Source of the DNA: Escherichia phage vB_EcoM_11B_SA_NWU
Length of the DNA: 64,000 nt
Strand: one strand, 5' to 3'
Sequence record: OR062527
A program made the position numbers and the translations under genes. Positions 56,483 through 64,000 of the stretch are shown here, piece after piece. Below the pieces are notes generated by a model. That model was given only the letters and a program-made list of their open reading frames with translations, did not search any database and was not told the DNA's origin. Positions within the stretch are counted from its first letter, which is position 1. The number at the start of each line of letters is the position of its first letter.

Positions 56483-56506
56483 GAAAAAAGTCTCCCGAAG
56501 GAGACT
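56483..56506 (-). terminator. rho-independent terminator after rI.-1
   Basis: AGUCUCC-UUCG-GGAGACU then UUUUUUCAUUUU. Confidence 0.7.
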
Positions 56507-56510
56507 AATG

Positions 56511-56897
56511 TTATTCGAGGGAAAGAAGATATTTGCTCTGGTAAAACATCCCAGTAATATCATCTATCGTGCTTTGAATGGCCGGAGGCATTTCTTTATA
56601 AATGCTGTTAGATTGGTCTAGTATGTGATCAATCATTTTAATTGTGTCGGTAGGAAGTTTACTGGCATCTGGAATAGAAGGCGTGTATTTTCTACCAGAA
56701 TACCCCAAATATTGCTCACCAAATTTGTCAATCAAATCTGGCAACTCAGAAAAAATAAAATCGTATGCTTTGTGTCTGGCATAACTTTTAGTTTCAAAAT
56801 GTGCAGAATGAAAATAAGCTTGTGCAGCCATTAATAAACCTAAGTATTCATCTGCCTTCGAAGGTTTTCCACTTTGTGAAAAGTCGCTGAATTTCAT
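56511..56897 (-). CDS. rI.-1-like protein (128 aa)
   Basis: ORF immediately downstream of rI; terminator follows. Confidence 0.55.
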   Translation of the reverse strand: MKFSDFSQSGKPSKADEYLGLLMAAQAYFHSAHFETKSYARHKAYDFIFSELPDLIDKFGEQYLGYSGRKYTPSIPDASKLPTDTIKMIDHILDQSNSIYKEMPPAIQSTIDDITGMFYQSKYLLSLE

Positions 56898-57187
56898 TCA
56901 GTCTCCAATTTAATGTTCATAATTCTAGCGTATGATTGTGCCATCTCCGCACCTCGTTCTATACATTCAAAATCAGAAGAGCACGGGTCATTTTTATAGG
57001 TCGTTCTCATAAAACTATAGAATTGTTCAGACGATTCTACGCTTTTATTTTCAAAAAGCATATAAACATGTCTAATACCAGATTCCATAAATTTATCAAA
57101 ATGAGGATCGACATTCGCTTCAATTGGTGGAGATAAAGCAAACGCTAATCCTAGCATGGCAAATAGTGCCGTTGCTTTTAAGGCCAT
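56894..57187 (-). CDS. rI: RI lysis inhibition regulator (97 aa)
   Basis: 97 aa with N-terminal signal-anchor; sequence matches T4 RI as recalled. Confidence 0.85.
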   Translation of the reverse strand: MALKATALFAMLGLAFALSPPIEANVDPHFDKFMESGIRHVYMLFENKSVESSEQFYSFMRTTYKNDPCSSDFECIERGAEMAQSYARIMNIKLETE

Positions 57188-57199
57188 AAAGGCCTCCTA

Positions 57200-57412
57200 T
57201 CATTTTTGTCCTGTATTTACTTTATGCCGATGCACGGCCTTAACTTTATCAAGGTATTTTTCAAAATTTCGCAATCTGGTATAGTCTGCCGGAGATTGGT
57301 TGAGTGATACTTCTCGACGCAAAGCTGAAATGATATTTCCAACTTCTCTACGAATTTCATCTAATTGAAGCACAGTAAGATTGCGAAGTTGCTTTTCAGT
57401 TAATTGTAGCAT
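57200..57412 (-). CDS. rI.1-like small protein (70 aa)
   Basis: Minus-strand ORF between tk and rI. Confidence 0.55.
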
Positions 57413-57454
57413 ATATACCCCTTTAGTTAGATAAACCTATTTATAACTTTTGCA

Positions 57455-58036
57455 CTAACCGAGCTTTTTAGTTAATTCATTCCAATGTTTTCTGCACAAA
57501 GAAACATAAATTTCATCACCAATACAGATTTGATTACCTTCTTTAACTGGTGTTCCATCTTCCATTAATCGAGCTGTCATAATCGCTTTTTTGCCGCAAT
57601 GACAAACTGCCTTTAGTTCAATAAGTTTATCTGCAATCGCTAAAAGTTCTTTAGAACCTTCGAATAATTTTCCAGCGAAATCAGTTCTTAATCCATAAGC
57701 CATAACAGGAACATTATATGTATCAACAATTCGGCTTAATTGGTGCACCTGTTCAGTTTTTAAAAACTGAGCTTCATCCACAAATACGCAATGAATATCT
57801 TTTTGTGCTTCAGCCCATTTATAGAACTCGAAAATATCCATATCATCTGTAATAATATTCGCTTCCTGCTTAATTCCAATGCGAGAAACGACTTCACAGA
57901 CAGAATCGCGAGTATCAATAGCAGGCTTAAGAACTAATACACCCATTCCACGTTCTTTATAATTATGCGCAGCAGTCAAAAGAGAAGCAGATTTTCCAGC
58001 ATTCATTGCTGCATAAGTAAAAATTAAACTCGCCAT
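57455..58036 (-). CDS. tk: thymidine kinase (193 aa)
   Basis: P-loop NAGKSASL; zinc ribbon CHCG...CRKH; 193 aa. Confidence 0.9.
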   Translation of the reverse strand: MASLIFTYAAMNAGKSASLLTAAHNYKERGMGVLVLKPAIDTRDSVCEVVSRIGIKQEANIITDDMDIFEFYKWAEAQKDIHCVFVDEAQFLKTEQVHQLSRIVDTYNVPVMAYGLRTDFAGKLFEGSKELLAIADKLIELKAVCHCGKKAIMTARLMEDGTPVKEGNQICIGDEIYVSLCRKHWNELTKKLG

Positions 58037-58037
58037 C

Positions 58038-58226
58038 TTAGTCCTTAGTTAAATTTTCTAAATATGTTTCTAAATCATTTTCAGCTTTATCGATAGATTT
58101 TACTAATTCGTAATATGTTTCGGCATCTCCATAATCTGAAGCCGCTTCAAAAGATAAATCTCGTTCTAAACTAATAATTTCACCAACTAAAAATAATATT
58201 TCATTCTTTTCTTCGCGAGTAATCAT
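58038..58226 (-). CDS. small helical acidic protein (62 aa)
   Basis: MITREEKNEILFLVGEII... Confidence 0.5.
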   Translation of the reverse strand: MITREEKNEILFLVGEIISLERDLSFEAASDYGDAETYYELVKSIDKAENDLETYLENLTKD

Positions 58227-58408
58227 AAGGAATTTATATAATCAATAAGTTCTTGTTCTTTATTATCGAATTCTTTAGAAAGTTCTTCGTACTCGTTTGC
58301 ACTAAAAGGACCGCATTCATTACAAACTTTTTCCAATTCACTATTTTTATCCATAACTTCGTGGATAAGAGAAAAGAGTTTGTCTTTTTGTTCTTTACTT
58401 AGGCTCAT
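58223..58408 (-). CDS. small helical acidic protein (61 aa)
   Basis: MSLSKEQKDKLFSLIHEV... Confidence 0.5.
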   Translation of the reverse strand: MSLSKEQKDKLFSLIHEVMDKNSELEKVCNECGPFSANEYEELSKEFDNKEQELIDYINSL

Positions 58409-58578
58409 ATATTAATTTCCAGAAGTTTTAAAATAATTCGCTTTTGCTTAAATATTTCCATAGTTAAATGATCAGTATCTTTTTGACCAATTCCAATGGC
58501 AAAACCTTTATTAGCAGCGAGTTCAATTAAATTATCAAGTTCACGTGACACTTCATATTGTAACTCAGAACTATTCAT
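58405..58578 (-). CDS. micro-ORF (57 aa)
   Basis: Hand-translated MNSSELQYEVSRELDNLIELAANKGF...; ATGA overlaps at both ends. Confidence 0.45.
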   Translation of the reverse strand: MNSSELQYEVSRELDNLIELAANKGFAIGIGQKDTDHLTMEIFKQKRIILKLLEINI

Positions 58579-58802
58579 TTCGGTTTTCCTTCTTTAACGA
58601 AATCTGGATAAGGATAAAATCCTGAATAAAATCCTTCACCTTTATGATTGATGCATCCTTTATTAGAACAATAGCACCAATAATCAAAATCACAAGTCAT
58701 TTCATCATTACATAAAGCAAAGACAACTGGCCATTCACACTTTTCACAATGGACATTTTTAAGAATACTAGTTTGGCTCATAACCATGTAACCTTTAAGC
58801 AA
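58575..58802 (-). CDS. cysteine-rich small protein (75 aa)
   Basis: Ten Cys/His residues (CEKCE...CNDEMTCDFDYWCYCSNKGCINH). Confidence 0.5.
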   Translation of the reverse strand: MLKGYMVMSQTSILKNVHCEKCEWPVVFALCNDEMTCDFDYWCYCSNKGCINHKGEGFYSGFYPYPDFVKEGKPK

Positions 58803-58990
58803 TATTCTTCTACGTGCTGTTTACGACCTTTCTTATCAATAAAGGTATATTCAACGAATGTTCCAATGTAGTCTTTATCTACATCATGTGGACTATTAAT
58901 TGGGCATTTAGTACGGCAAATGCGTTCCCATTGACGAATAATTACTGCTTTGTTTTTAGGATCAAACGGATGCGGGTAATGTACTTTCAT
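58778..58990 (-). CDS. small protein (70 aa)
   Basis: Minus-strand ORF. Confidence 0.45.
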   Translation of the reverse strand: MKVHYPHPFDPKNKAVIIRQWERICRTKCPINSPHDVDKDYIGTFVEYTFIDKKGRKQHVEEYCLKVTWL

Positions 58991-59441
58991 AATCCACCAC
59001 TATTAAATCAATATCAGGAGTAAACATGTCAATTAATTTAGAAACCTTATCCCAATCACCGCCAGCAATACCACAACCTATGCGTGGAATGTAAATTACT
59101 GGTTTAAACAAAAGGGTTTCTGCCTGTAGATTTAATTCTATCATACAGTTTACTAAAGCACCATAATCAAGATTAGGACCCGGTTCGTATTGCGTATACA
59201 AATTATAGCACATACTAAATCCTGTAGGATTATGTTTAAAAACAATAGACATATCGCCTAATTTATCACGAGAACCGTATTCGGTTGTGGTCTTATCTAT
59301 TTCTAAAATTTTAGGATAGGCCCTTGCTAATTGACCAGCTACGCCGCTGCCCATCGTATGAAAACAATTACACCCGTGCGCAATAATATTACCTTCAAGA
59401 AAGAGGGCGACAATATCGCCCTTGATATATTTTACAATCAT
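58962..59441 (-). CDS. macro-domain-like protein (159 aa), putative ADP-ribose binding or hydrolysing
   Basis: GDIVA...NIIAHGCNCF..MGSGVAGQL and IPRIGCGIAGG motifs parallel the macro-domain GDIT...AIVNAAN..GGGV / IGTG signatures. Confidence 0.5.
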   Translation of the reverse strand: MIVKYIKGDIVALFLEGNIIAHGCNCFHTMGSGVAGQLARAYPKILEIDKTTTEYGSRDKLGDMSIVFKHNPTGFSMCYNLYTQYEPGPNLDYGALVNCMIELNLQAETLLFKPVIYIPRIGCGIAGGDWDKVSKLIDMFTPDIDLIVVDYESTLPASV

Positions 59442-59785
59442 CTAGTACTCAATCCTCGATTATAAGAATCTACTAAACGGTCAACCATTGAACGGCACGC
59501 GGCTTTGTCTTTTTCCTCCGCAACTGAGCATTCCAAGGTATTCCACTTTTTAGCATATCGTTTTAATAATGTATCGTTTTTGTATCTGCTTGTTTTATCT
59601 CTTTCTCCGTCTTTATATGCATATATTAATTTCTGCGCAAATTCAGCTTGGCATGCTTTATTTTTCCCGCAATAATCCGCTGCAGTACGGTTTACATACT
59701 CTCTAATTTCAGTATATGATGTATCTGCTAACGCAGAAGCAGAAATTGAAATTAATCCTATACATAAAACCAAAATTTTAGTCAT
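59438..59785 (-). CDS. secreted Cys-containing protein (115 aa)
   Basis: N-terminal signal peptide MTKILVLCIGLISISASALA. Confidence 0.55.
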   Translation of the reverse strand: MTKILVLCIGLISISASALADTSYTEIREYVNRTAADYCGKNKACQAEFAQKLIYAYKDGERDKTSRYKNDTLLKRYAKKWNTLECSVAEEKDKAACRSMVDRLVDSYNRGLSTR

Positions 59786-60323
59786 TTACTATTTCCAAAA
59801 GTTTATTATTTTTAAGGTAATTAGCCTTTTCTAGGACTTCAGAAGCATATTTAGAACCTGCTTTAACATTCCATCCCGAATTATAAGAGGATATCGCTTT
59901 TCTTATATCGCCCTTATGTATATTTAACCAATAAGAAAGTTCAATGTACGCCCAGGAAGCTGAATTGGACCGTTTATTCAACATTCTTTTTATTTCAGCA
60001 TCGGTCATATTATAACCAAGTTCCTTAACTCTTGCTCGCATAGTAGGCAAATAATTTTGGAACATTCCGTAAGCGTGATGCTTTGGTTTAGATTTTAAAT
60101 TAACTCCGCCAGAGCTTTCTTGCCATAAAATAGCAGCCATTATATGACCTAATCCACTCTTATGAACATTTTGGTGTGTTTTATATTTTCCATCCTTAGA
60201 AAACTGTTCCCCGAATTGATACGCGTAACGCATGTTATCGAGTTGGACATTACTGAAAGTATGCTCGGAGCTATGTGCCATCATTGAAATGGCCAATAGA
60301 CCAGCGAGTAGTGCTTTTCTCAT
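59778..60323 (-). CDS. secreted SLT-domain lytic transglycosylase-like protein (181 aa)
   Basis: Signal peptide plus SLT motifs (LWQESSGG, YGMFQ, SSYNSGW). Confidence 0.65.
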   Translation of the reverse strand: MRKALLAGLLAISMMAHSSEHTFSNVQLDNMRYAYQFGEQFSKDGKYKTHQNVHKSGLGHIMAAILWQESSGGVNLKSKPKHHAYGMFQNYLPTMRARVKELGYNMTDAEIKRMLNKRSNSASWAYIELSYWLNIHKGDIRKAISSYNSGWNVKAGSKYASEVLEKANYLKNNKLLEIVND

Positions 60324-60330
60324 GCTTACC

Positions 60331-60792
60331 TCATTGAGTTTTAATTACTGCTTTAGAAGCCTTTCCTGGTAAACGACGACTGTTGATAATTGCCATCCTA
60401 CATTGAAGTGACGGGTCTTTAAACTTCTCATTAGGTTTACAAACCGTAAATCCAAGCCAAAGATTTCCATCTGTGATTTCTAAACGTCCAGGACGATATT
60501 CAACCCCATCAATAAAATCCTCGTCAATGTCAGGACGCGGAGGCATACTCAGGAATTCATTAACTTCTAAAACATGGTCTTTTATTTTATGGAATAATTC
60601 AAAAACATATGTCTCATCAATCTCCCGTTGAATTGCACGATCAAGAAGATGTTGAGAATATTTTAGATGAAACGATGAGACTCCTGCTGCTTTTGATGCC
60701 TCACGAATCTCATTGTTAATTTGACGAAACTCCGACTCAAAATGACGACGAAGCTTATTTCGACGGATAAAAACTTCTGTATTGATAGTCAT
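60331..60792 (-). CDS. regB: RegB sequence-specific endoribonuclease (153 aa)
   Basis: 153 aa; sequence matches T4 RegB as recalled; early promoter at 60816-60849. Confidence 0.9.
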   Translation of the reverse strand: MTINTEVFIRRNKLRRHFESEFRQINNEIREASKAAGVSSFHLKYSQHLLDRAIQREIDETYVFELFHKIKDHVLEVNEFLSMPPRPDIDEDFIDGVEYRPGRLEITDGNLWLGFTVCKPNEKFKDPSLQCRMAIINSRRLPGKASKAVIKTQ

Positions 60793-60815
60793 GTTGTTCT
60801 CCTCTTAACTGATAG

Positions 60816-60849
60816 AAAAATTATACCACAGTCAAGAGGAAAAGTAAAC
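60816..60849 (-). promoter_or_regulatory. T4-type early promoter upstream of regB
   Basis: GTTTACTTTTCCTCTTGACTGTGGTATAAT. Confidence 0.55.
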
Positions 60850-60851
60850 AG

Positions 60852-61172
60852 TTATTCTTTAAATCTAATCAATTTATTCATAGACTTTGAAACTTCTGCA
60901 CGAACCTCATGTAAGTTTTTAAGCTGTTCAAGACGCTGCTCATAGTAAGCAATTTCGTCTTCTTCAAGACAGTCCTGCGAATCTTCTTTAAGATAACGTG
61001 CATAGTCCTGGAAAGCTTTACGGACTACTTCCTGGAAGTCATCAAGACTTTGAATTTTCTTAGGAGCGGCAGATACACGACGAGGTGCAGTATAATACTC
61101 ATAACCAAACCCTGCGCTTAATTGAGCCATTAGTATTTTTCCTCTGGTTGGAACACTGCACGACAAGCCCAC
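60852..61172 (-). CDS. vs.x-region protein (106 aa)
   Basis: Minus-strand ORF. Confidence 0.5.
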   Translation of the reverse strand: MGLSCSVPTRGKILMAQLSAGFGYEYYTAPRRVSAAPKKIQSLDDFQEVVRKAFQDYARYLKEDSQDCLEEDEIAYYEQRLEQLKNLHEVRAEVSKSMNKLIRFKE

Positions 61173-61411
61173 ATACTGGCTTCTTTGAGTTTCGTTTTAG
61201 CAATAGTTAACTGATCGAGGCTTTCAGCATAATTCTTCGCGAAATCACAGTCTTCGCAATTATCTAGTGCTTCCCAGAATTCATCGTATAAAGCGTCAAA
61301 GATAAGTCCTAAACGAACTTCAGCGTCTTTAATAGCATTCACTTTACCGATTTTCTCTTCAGTATGTGGTTTATAACCTTTAATATCTTCAATCATATTT
61401 GACTTCCTCAC
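61130..61411 (-). CDS. vs.x-region small protein (93 aa)
   Basis: Minus-strand ORF in the region where T4 carries vs.4 (Acb2); identity not established. Confidence 0.45.
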   Translation of the reverse strand: MRKSNMIEDIKGYKPHTEEKIGKVNAIKDAEVRLGLIFDALYDEFWEALDNCEDCDFAKNYAESLDQLTIAKTKLKEASMWACRAVFQPEEKY

Positions 61412-61610
61412 CAGTACCTAAATCATATTCAACTAAACGAATAGGTTCATGAATGCCATATTCTTGAACAGAAATTTCTGTCGTAGGATAAATTCCATCA
61501 ATATCCCCCATATTCCATGCTTCATTAAATTGTTGCTCACCTGAATTACTAAACCACTCAGTGAAAGCATTTAGTACATCTTCAGAACCTTCAATAATTA
61601 TCTTTGCCAT
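61389..61610 (-). CDS. small acidic protein (73 aa)
   Basis: Minus-strand ORF. Confidence 0.5.
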   Translation of the reverse strand: MAKIIIEGSEDVLNAFTEWFSNSGEQQFNEAWNMGDIDGIYPTTEISVQEYGIHEPIRLVEYDLGTGEEVKYD

Positions 61611-61972
61611 TACAAACTCTCGGTAAAGGTACGAGCGATAACGTCGCGCTGCTGTTCCGGAGTCAGAGAGTTAAAGCGAACTGCATAACCGGATACACGG
61701 ATGGTCAGCTGCGGATATTTTTCCGGATGCTTAACTGCATCTTCCAGAGTTTCACGACGCAGAACGTTAACGTTCAGGTGTTGACCACCTTCAATTTTAA
61801 CTGTAGGCTGTGGCTCAATTTCAATTTCACGGGCATGCAAACCATAGAAAATTTCTGGGTCTACAAAAGAGTCCTCTTTAAAAGTTTTAGAAACGATAAT
61901 TCGTGCTTGAATACCATCTTCAAAATAAATAGTACCTTTGTGTGTGCCTTCAAGAATTTGATATGCTTTCAT
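61610..61972 (-). CDS. GrcA/YfiD-like autonomous glycyl-radical cofactor protein (120 aa), chimeric
   Basis: C-terminal about 66 aa ([18 protein letters not shown]...[31 protein letters not shown]) carries the glycyl-radical motif and is GC-rich; the N-terminal half is AT-rich. Confidence 0.75.
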   Translation of the reverse strand: MKAYQILEGTHKGTIYFEDGIQARIIVSKTFKEDSFVDPEIFYGLHAREIEIEPQPTVKIEGGQHLNVNVLRRETLEDAVKHPEKYPQLTIRVSGYAVRFNSLTPEQQRDVIARTFTESL

Positions 61973-61978
61973 ATAACC

Positions 61979-62308
61979 TCAATTAGAAAATAAATTTATC
62001 CAAGATTGTTCTTTAATTAAAAACGGCTCAGAATCATATGCCATTAAACTTTGAGTAATTAATCCTTTAAATGGTCCATCAATAAATTCCATTGTAAAAT
62101 ATGGAATTTTATTCATTAACCGTGCATTAGGAGCAGTGCATAAAACTCTGCATCCTTTGAATACACCTTTTTGTAATTTGTATTGCTTGGGATAAAATTC
62201 ACTCAAAATATCACTGTTTGCCAAAATTTCAAAATGATTCACCAACTTATTTTTAATAGTTTTTGGCGAAAAATAAAGATATTCAAAAAGCTGCGCATCT
62301 GTCATCAT
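61979..62308 (-). CDS. hypothetical protein (about 109 aa; start at internal Met), coupled to the upstream P-loop gene
   Basis: ATGA overlap with the stop of the 62305-62844 gene. Confidence 0.45.
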   Translation of the reverse strand: MMTDAQLFEYLYFSPKTIKNKLVNHFEILANSDILSEFYPKQYKLQKGVFKGCRVLCTAPNARLMNKIPYFTMEFIDGPFKGLITQSLMAYDSEPFLIKEQSWINLFSN

Positions 62309-62844
62309 TGCATTCCGATTACGAAAAACTGTGGACGAGTAATACCACCAATGCAACATTTACTATTGCAGCAGTAGTGTACAGTGTCCATATGGGCGCT
62401 ATAAATCTTATCCATATCAGGAGATTTAACAGGCTCATCAATTATATACAAAATTCGCGAAAGCGATAAACCTATGAACTTGCTTCCTTTATTACCAATA
62501 AAACTGCGCACAGAATCAGTAAATAAACGAAAACGTATATCATCATTAGAATAACGCGAAAATTCCTTTTTAATGTTATCTGCAGAAATTTTAGCGTAAG
62601 CTGAAGTATTAGAAAGAACAATAACTGTTCCGCCATCATACAGCCAATTAGCAGCAAAGTTAGTCACAGCAACTGATTTTCCGGATTGGCGACCACCGTC
62701 AAGTCGAAGAGTGCAATACTGTTTGAGTAAGTCTTCAAATGGCGGGATATAATCGTTTTTACAAATTTCTTCTACTCTAGCATCAGAATGGTGTGTAAAA
62801 GCATTCATCAGGGATAGATAAGGACCAGTCAAAAATGTTCTCAT
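62305..62844 (-). CDS. P-loop NTPase-like protein (about 179 aa; start at internal Met)
   Basis: Walker A-like GGRQSGKS and Walker B-like YIIDEP; GAGAGA ribosome-binding site; GC-rich structured leader upstream. Confidence 0.5.
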   Translation of the reverse strand: MRTFLTGPYLSLMNAFTHHSDARVEEICKNDYIPPFEDLLKQYCTLRLDGGRQSGKSVAVTNFAANWLYDGGTVIVLSNTSAYAKISADNIKKEFSRYSNDDIRFRLFTDSVRSFIGNKGSKFIGLSLSRILYIIDEPVKSPDMDKIYSAHMDTVHYCCNSKCCIGGITRPQFFVIGMQ

Positions 62845-62979
62845 TTTATTCTCTCTAGATTTGGGCCATTCCATGGCGCATGAATTGTCCATTCCTGCAT
62901 TTACCCATTACCGCACTCAGGCTCGACCTTATCACAGGTTGGCGGGAATACCTCAAATGAGGCTCAGGTTGTTCCCATG

Positions 62980-63453
62980 TTATTTAAATGATTTGACGTA
63001 CTGAACAGAACCTTTACTATTCACAAAGGCAATTTTACCGTTTTTGTTATACATTGTGGCAGTACGTTGATAGCCATAAGTTTGTTTACCAGATTGATAA
63101 CCAACTAATGCAAAATTATCTTCACCCATTTTATTCTGTTTAGCGCGAATGCGTTCATGACCGTGAGCCATAAGAACCTTAGCATCACCAGTTGCAATGG
63201 ATCTACGAGTTTTTTCATCTTCAACTGTATTAACAAAGTCGTCAAATGAATCAAATTTAGCATGAGATTTATTATACAGTTTTCCATCTACTGCATAATT
63301 ATATCCCTGTACATCCATCTCAACTTCTGTACCATCATCCAATACAGCAGTGATTTTCTGTCCTTTTTTAAATTTCAAAAGATCAGTAAAAGATTCAGCA
63401 ATAATTTGAGAATTAATAGCTGCTTCAGTAATAAATTCTTGATATGTTTTCAT
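62980..63453 (-). CDS. capsid internal protein (IPIII-like, 157 aa) with capsid-targeting sequence
   Basis: N-terminus MKTYQEFITE matches the internal-protein CTS; immediately upstream of e as ipIII is in T4. Confidence 0.7.
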   Translation of the reverse strand: MKTYQEFITEAAINSQIIAESFTDLLKFKKGQKITAVLDDGTEVEMDVQGYNYAVDGKLYNKSHAKFDSFDDFVNTVEDEKTRRSIATGDAKVLMAHGHERIRAKQNKMGEDNFALVGYQSGKQTYGYQRTATMYNKNGKIAFVNSKGSVQYVKSFK

Positions 63454-63508
63454 GTGTATCCTTTAAATGTAAATATTTTAATTAATAATTTATCTCTTCA
63501 AATAACTG

Positions 63509-63543
63509 TGAATATACTATCACAATTCTAGGAGAAAGTAAAT
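63509..63543 (-). promoter_or_regulatory. early-type promoter upstream of the internal-protein gene
   Basis: ATTTACTTTCTCCTAGAATTGTGATAGTAT. Confidence 0.45.
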
Positions 63544-63547
63544 AACT

Positions 63548-64000
<453 letters not shown>

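Noticed and set aside
4320-56506. Recurrent GGGCCGAAGCCC-like elements considered as a CRISPR-like repeat array
   Set aside because: Copies are kilobases apart at gene boundaries, not regularly spaced with short spacers. They are individual RNA hairpins.
62860-62980. GC-rich structured segment considered as a possible tRNA or small RNA gene
   Set aside because: No cloverleaf could be drawn (no T-loop GTTCRANYC, no acceptor stem with a discriminator). Kept as a structured leader in a finding, not called as an RNA gene.

Overview
This 64 kb window is an AT-rich segment of a T4-like (T-even, Tevenvirinae) myophage genome, collinear with the T4 map from rIIA (window start) to the lysozyme gene e (truncated at the window end). 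Almost every gene is on the minus strand and tightly packed, many with ATGA/TAATG start-stop overlaps. Recognisable genes, in window order: rIIA, an uninterrupted topoisomerase gene 39 (T2/T6-type 39+60 fusion), dexA, dda, modA/modB ADP-ribosyltransferases, soc, 56, 61, the 61.x accessory cluster (spackle, dmd), 41, uvsX, 42, imm, 43, regA, 62, 44, 45, rpbA, 46, 47, alpha-gt, 55, nrdG, intron-less nrdD, 49, nrdC and the nrdC.x block, rI, tk, regB, an internal-protein gene and e. No tRNA, rRNA, CRISPR array, intron or homing-endonuclease gene was found. Regulatory signals read from the sequence include T4-type early promoters, MotA-box middle promoters, one late promoter upstream of soc, the gene 43 translational operator, and about eleven UUCG-tetraloop hairpins on the transcribed strand. 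Gene names rest on my recall of T4 protein sequences, lengths and gene order; no database search was run. The most interesting observations are: modA interrupted by an in-frame TAA just before its catalytic motif; a GrcA-like gene whose 3' half has host-like GC content; a macro-domain protein alongside the ADP-ribosyltransferases; a convergent plus-strand membrane ORF where T4 carries dam/69; a P-loop NTPase module behind a GC-rich structured leader; a capsid-targeting-sequence mini-ORF beside the 61.x cluster; and a GT-A glycosyltransferase in the beta-gt position.
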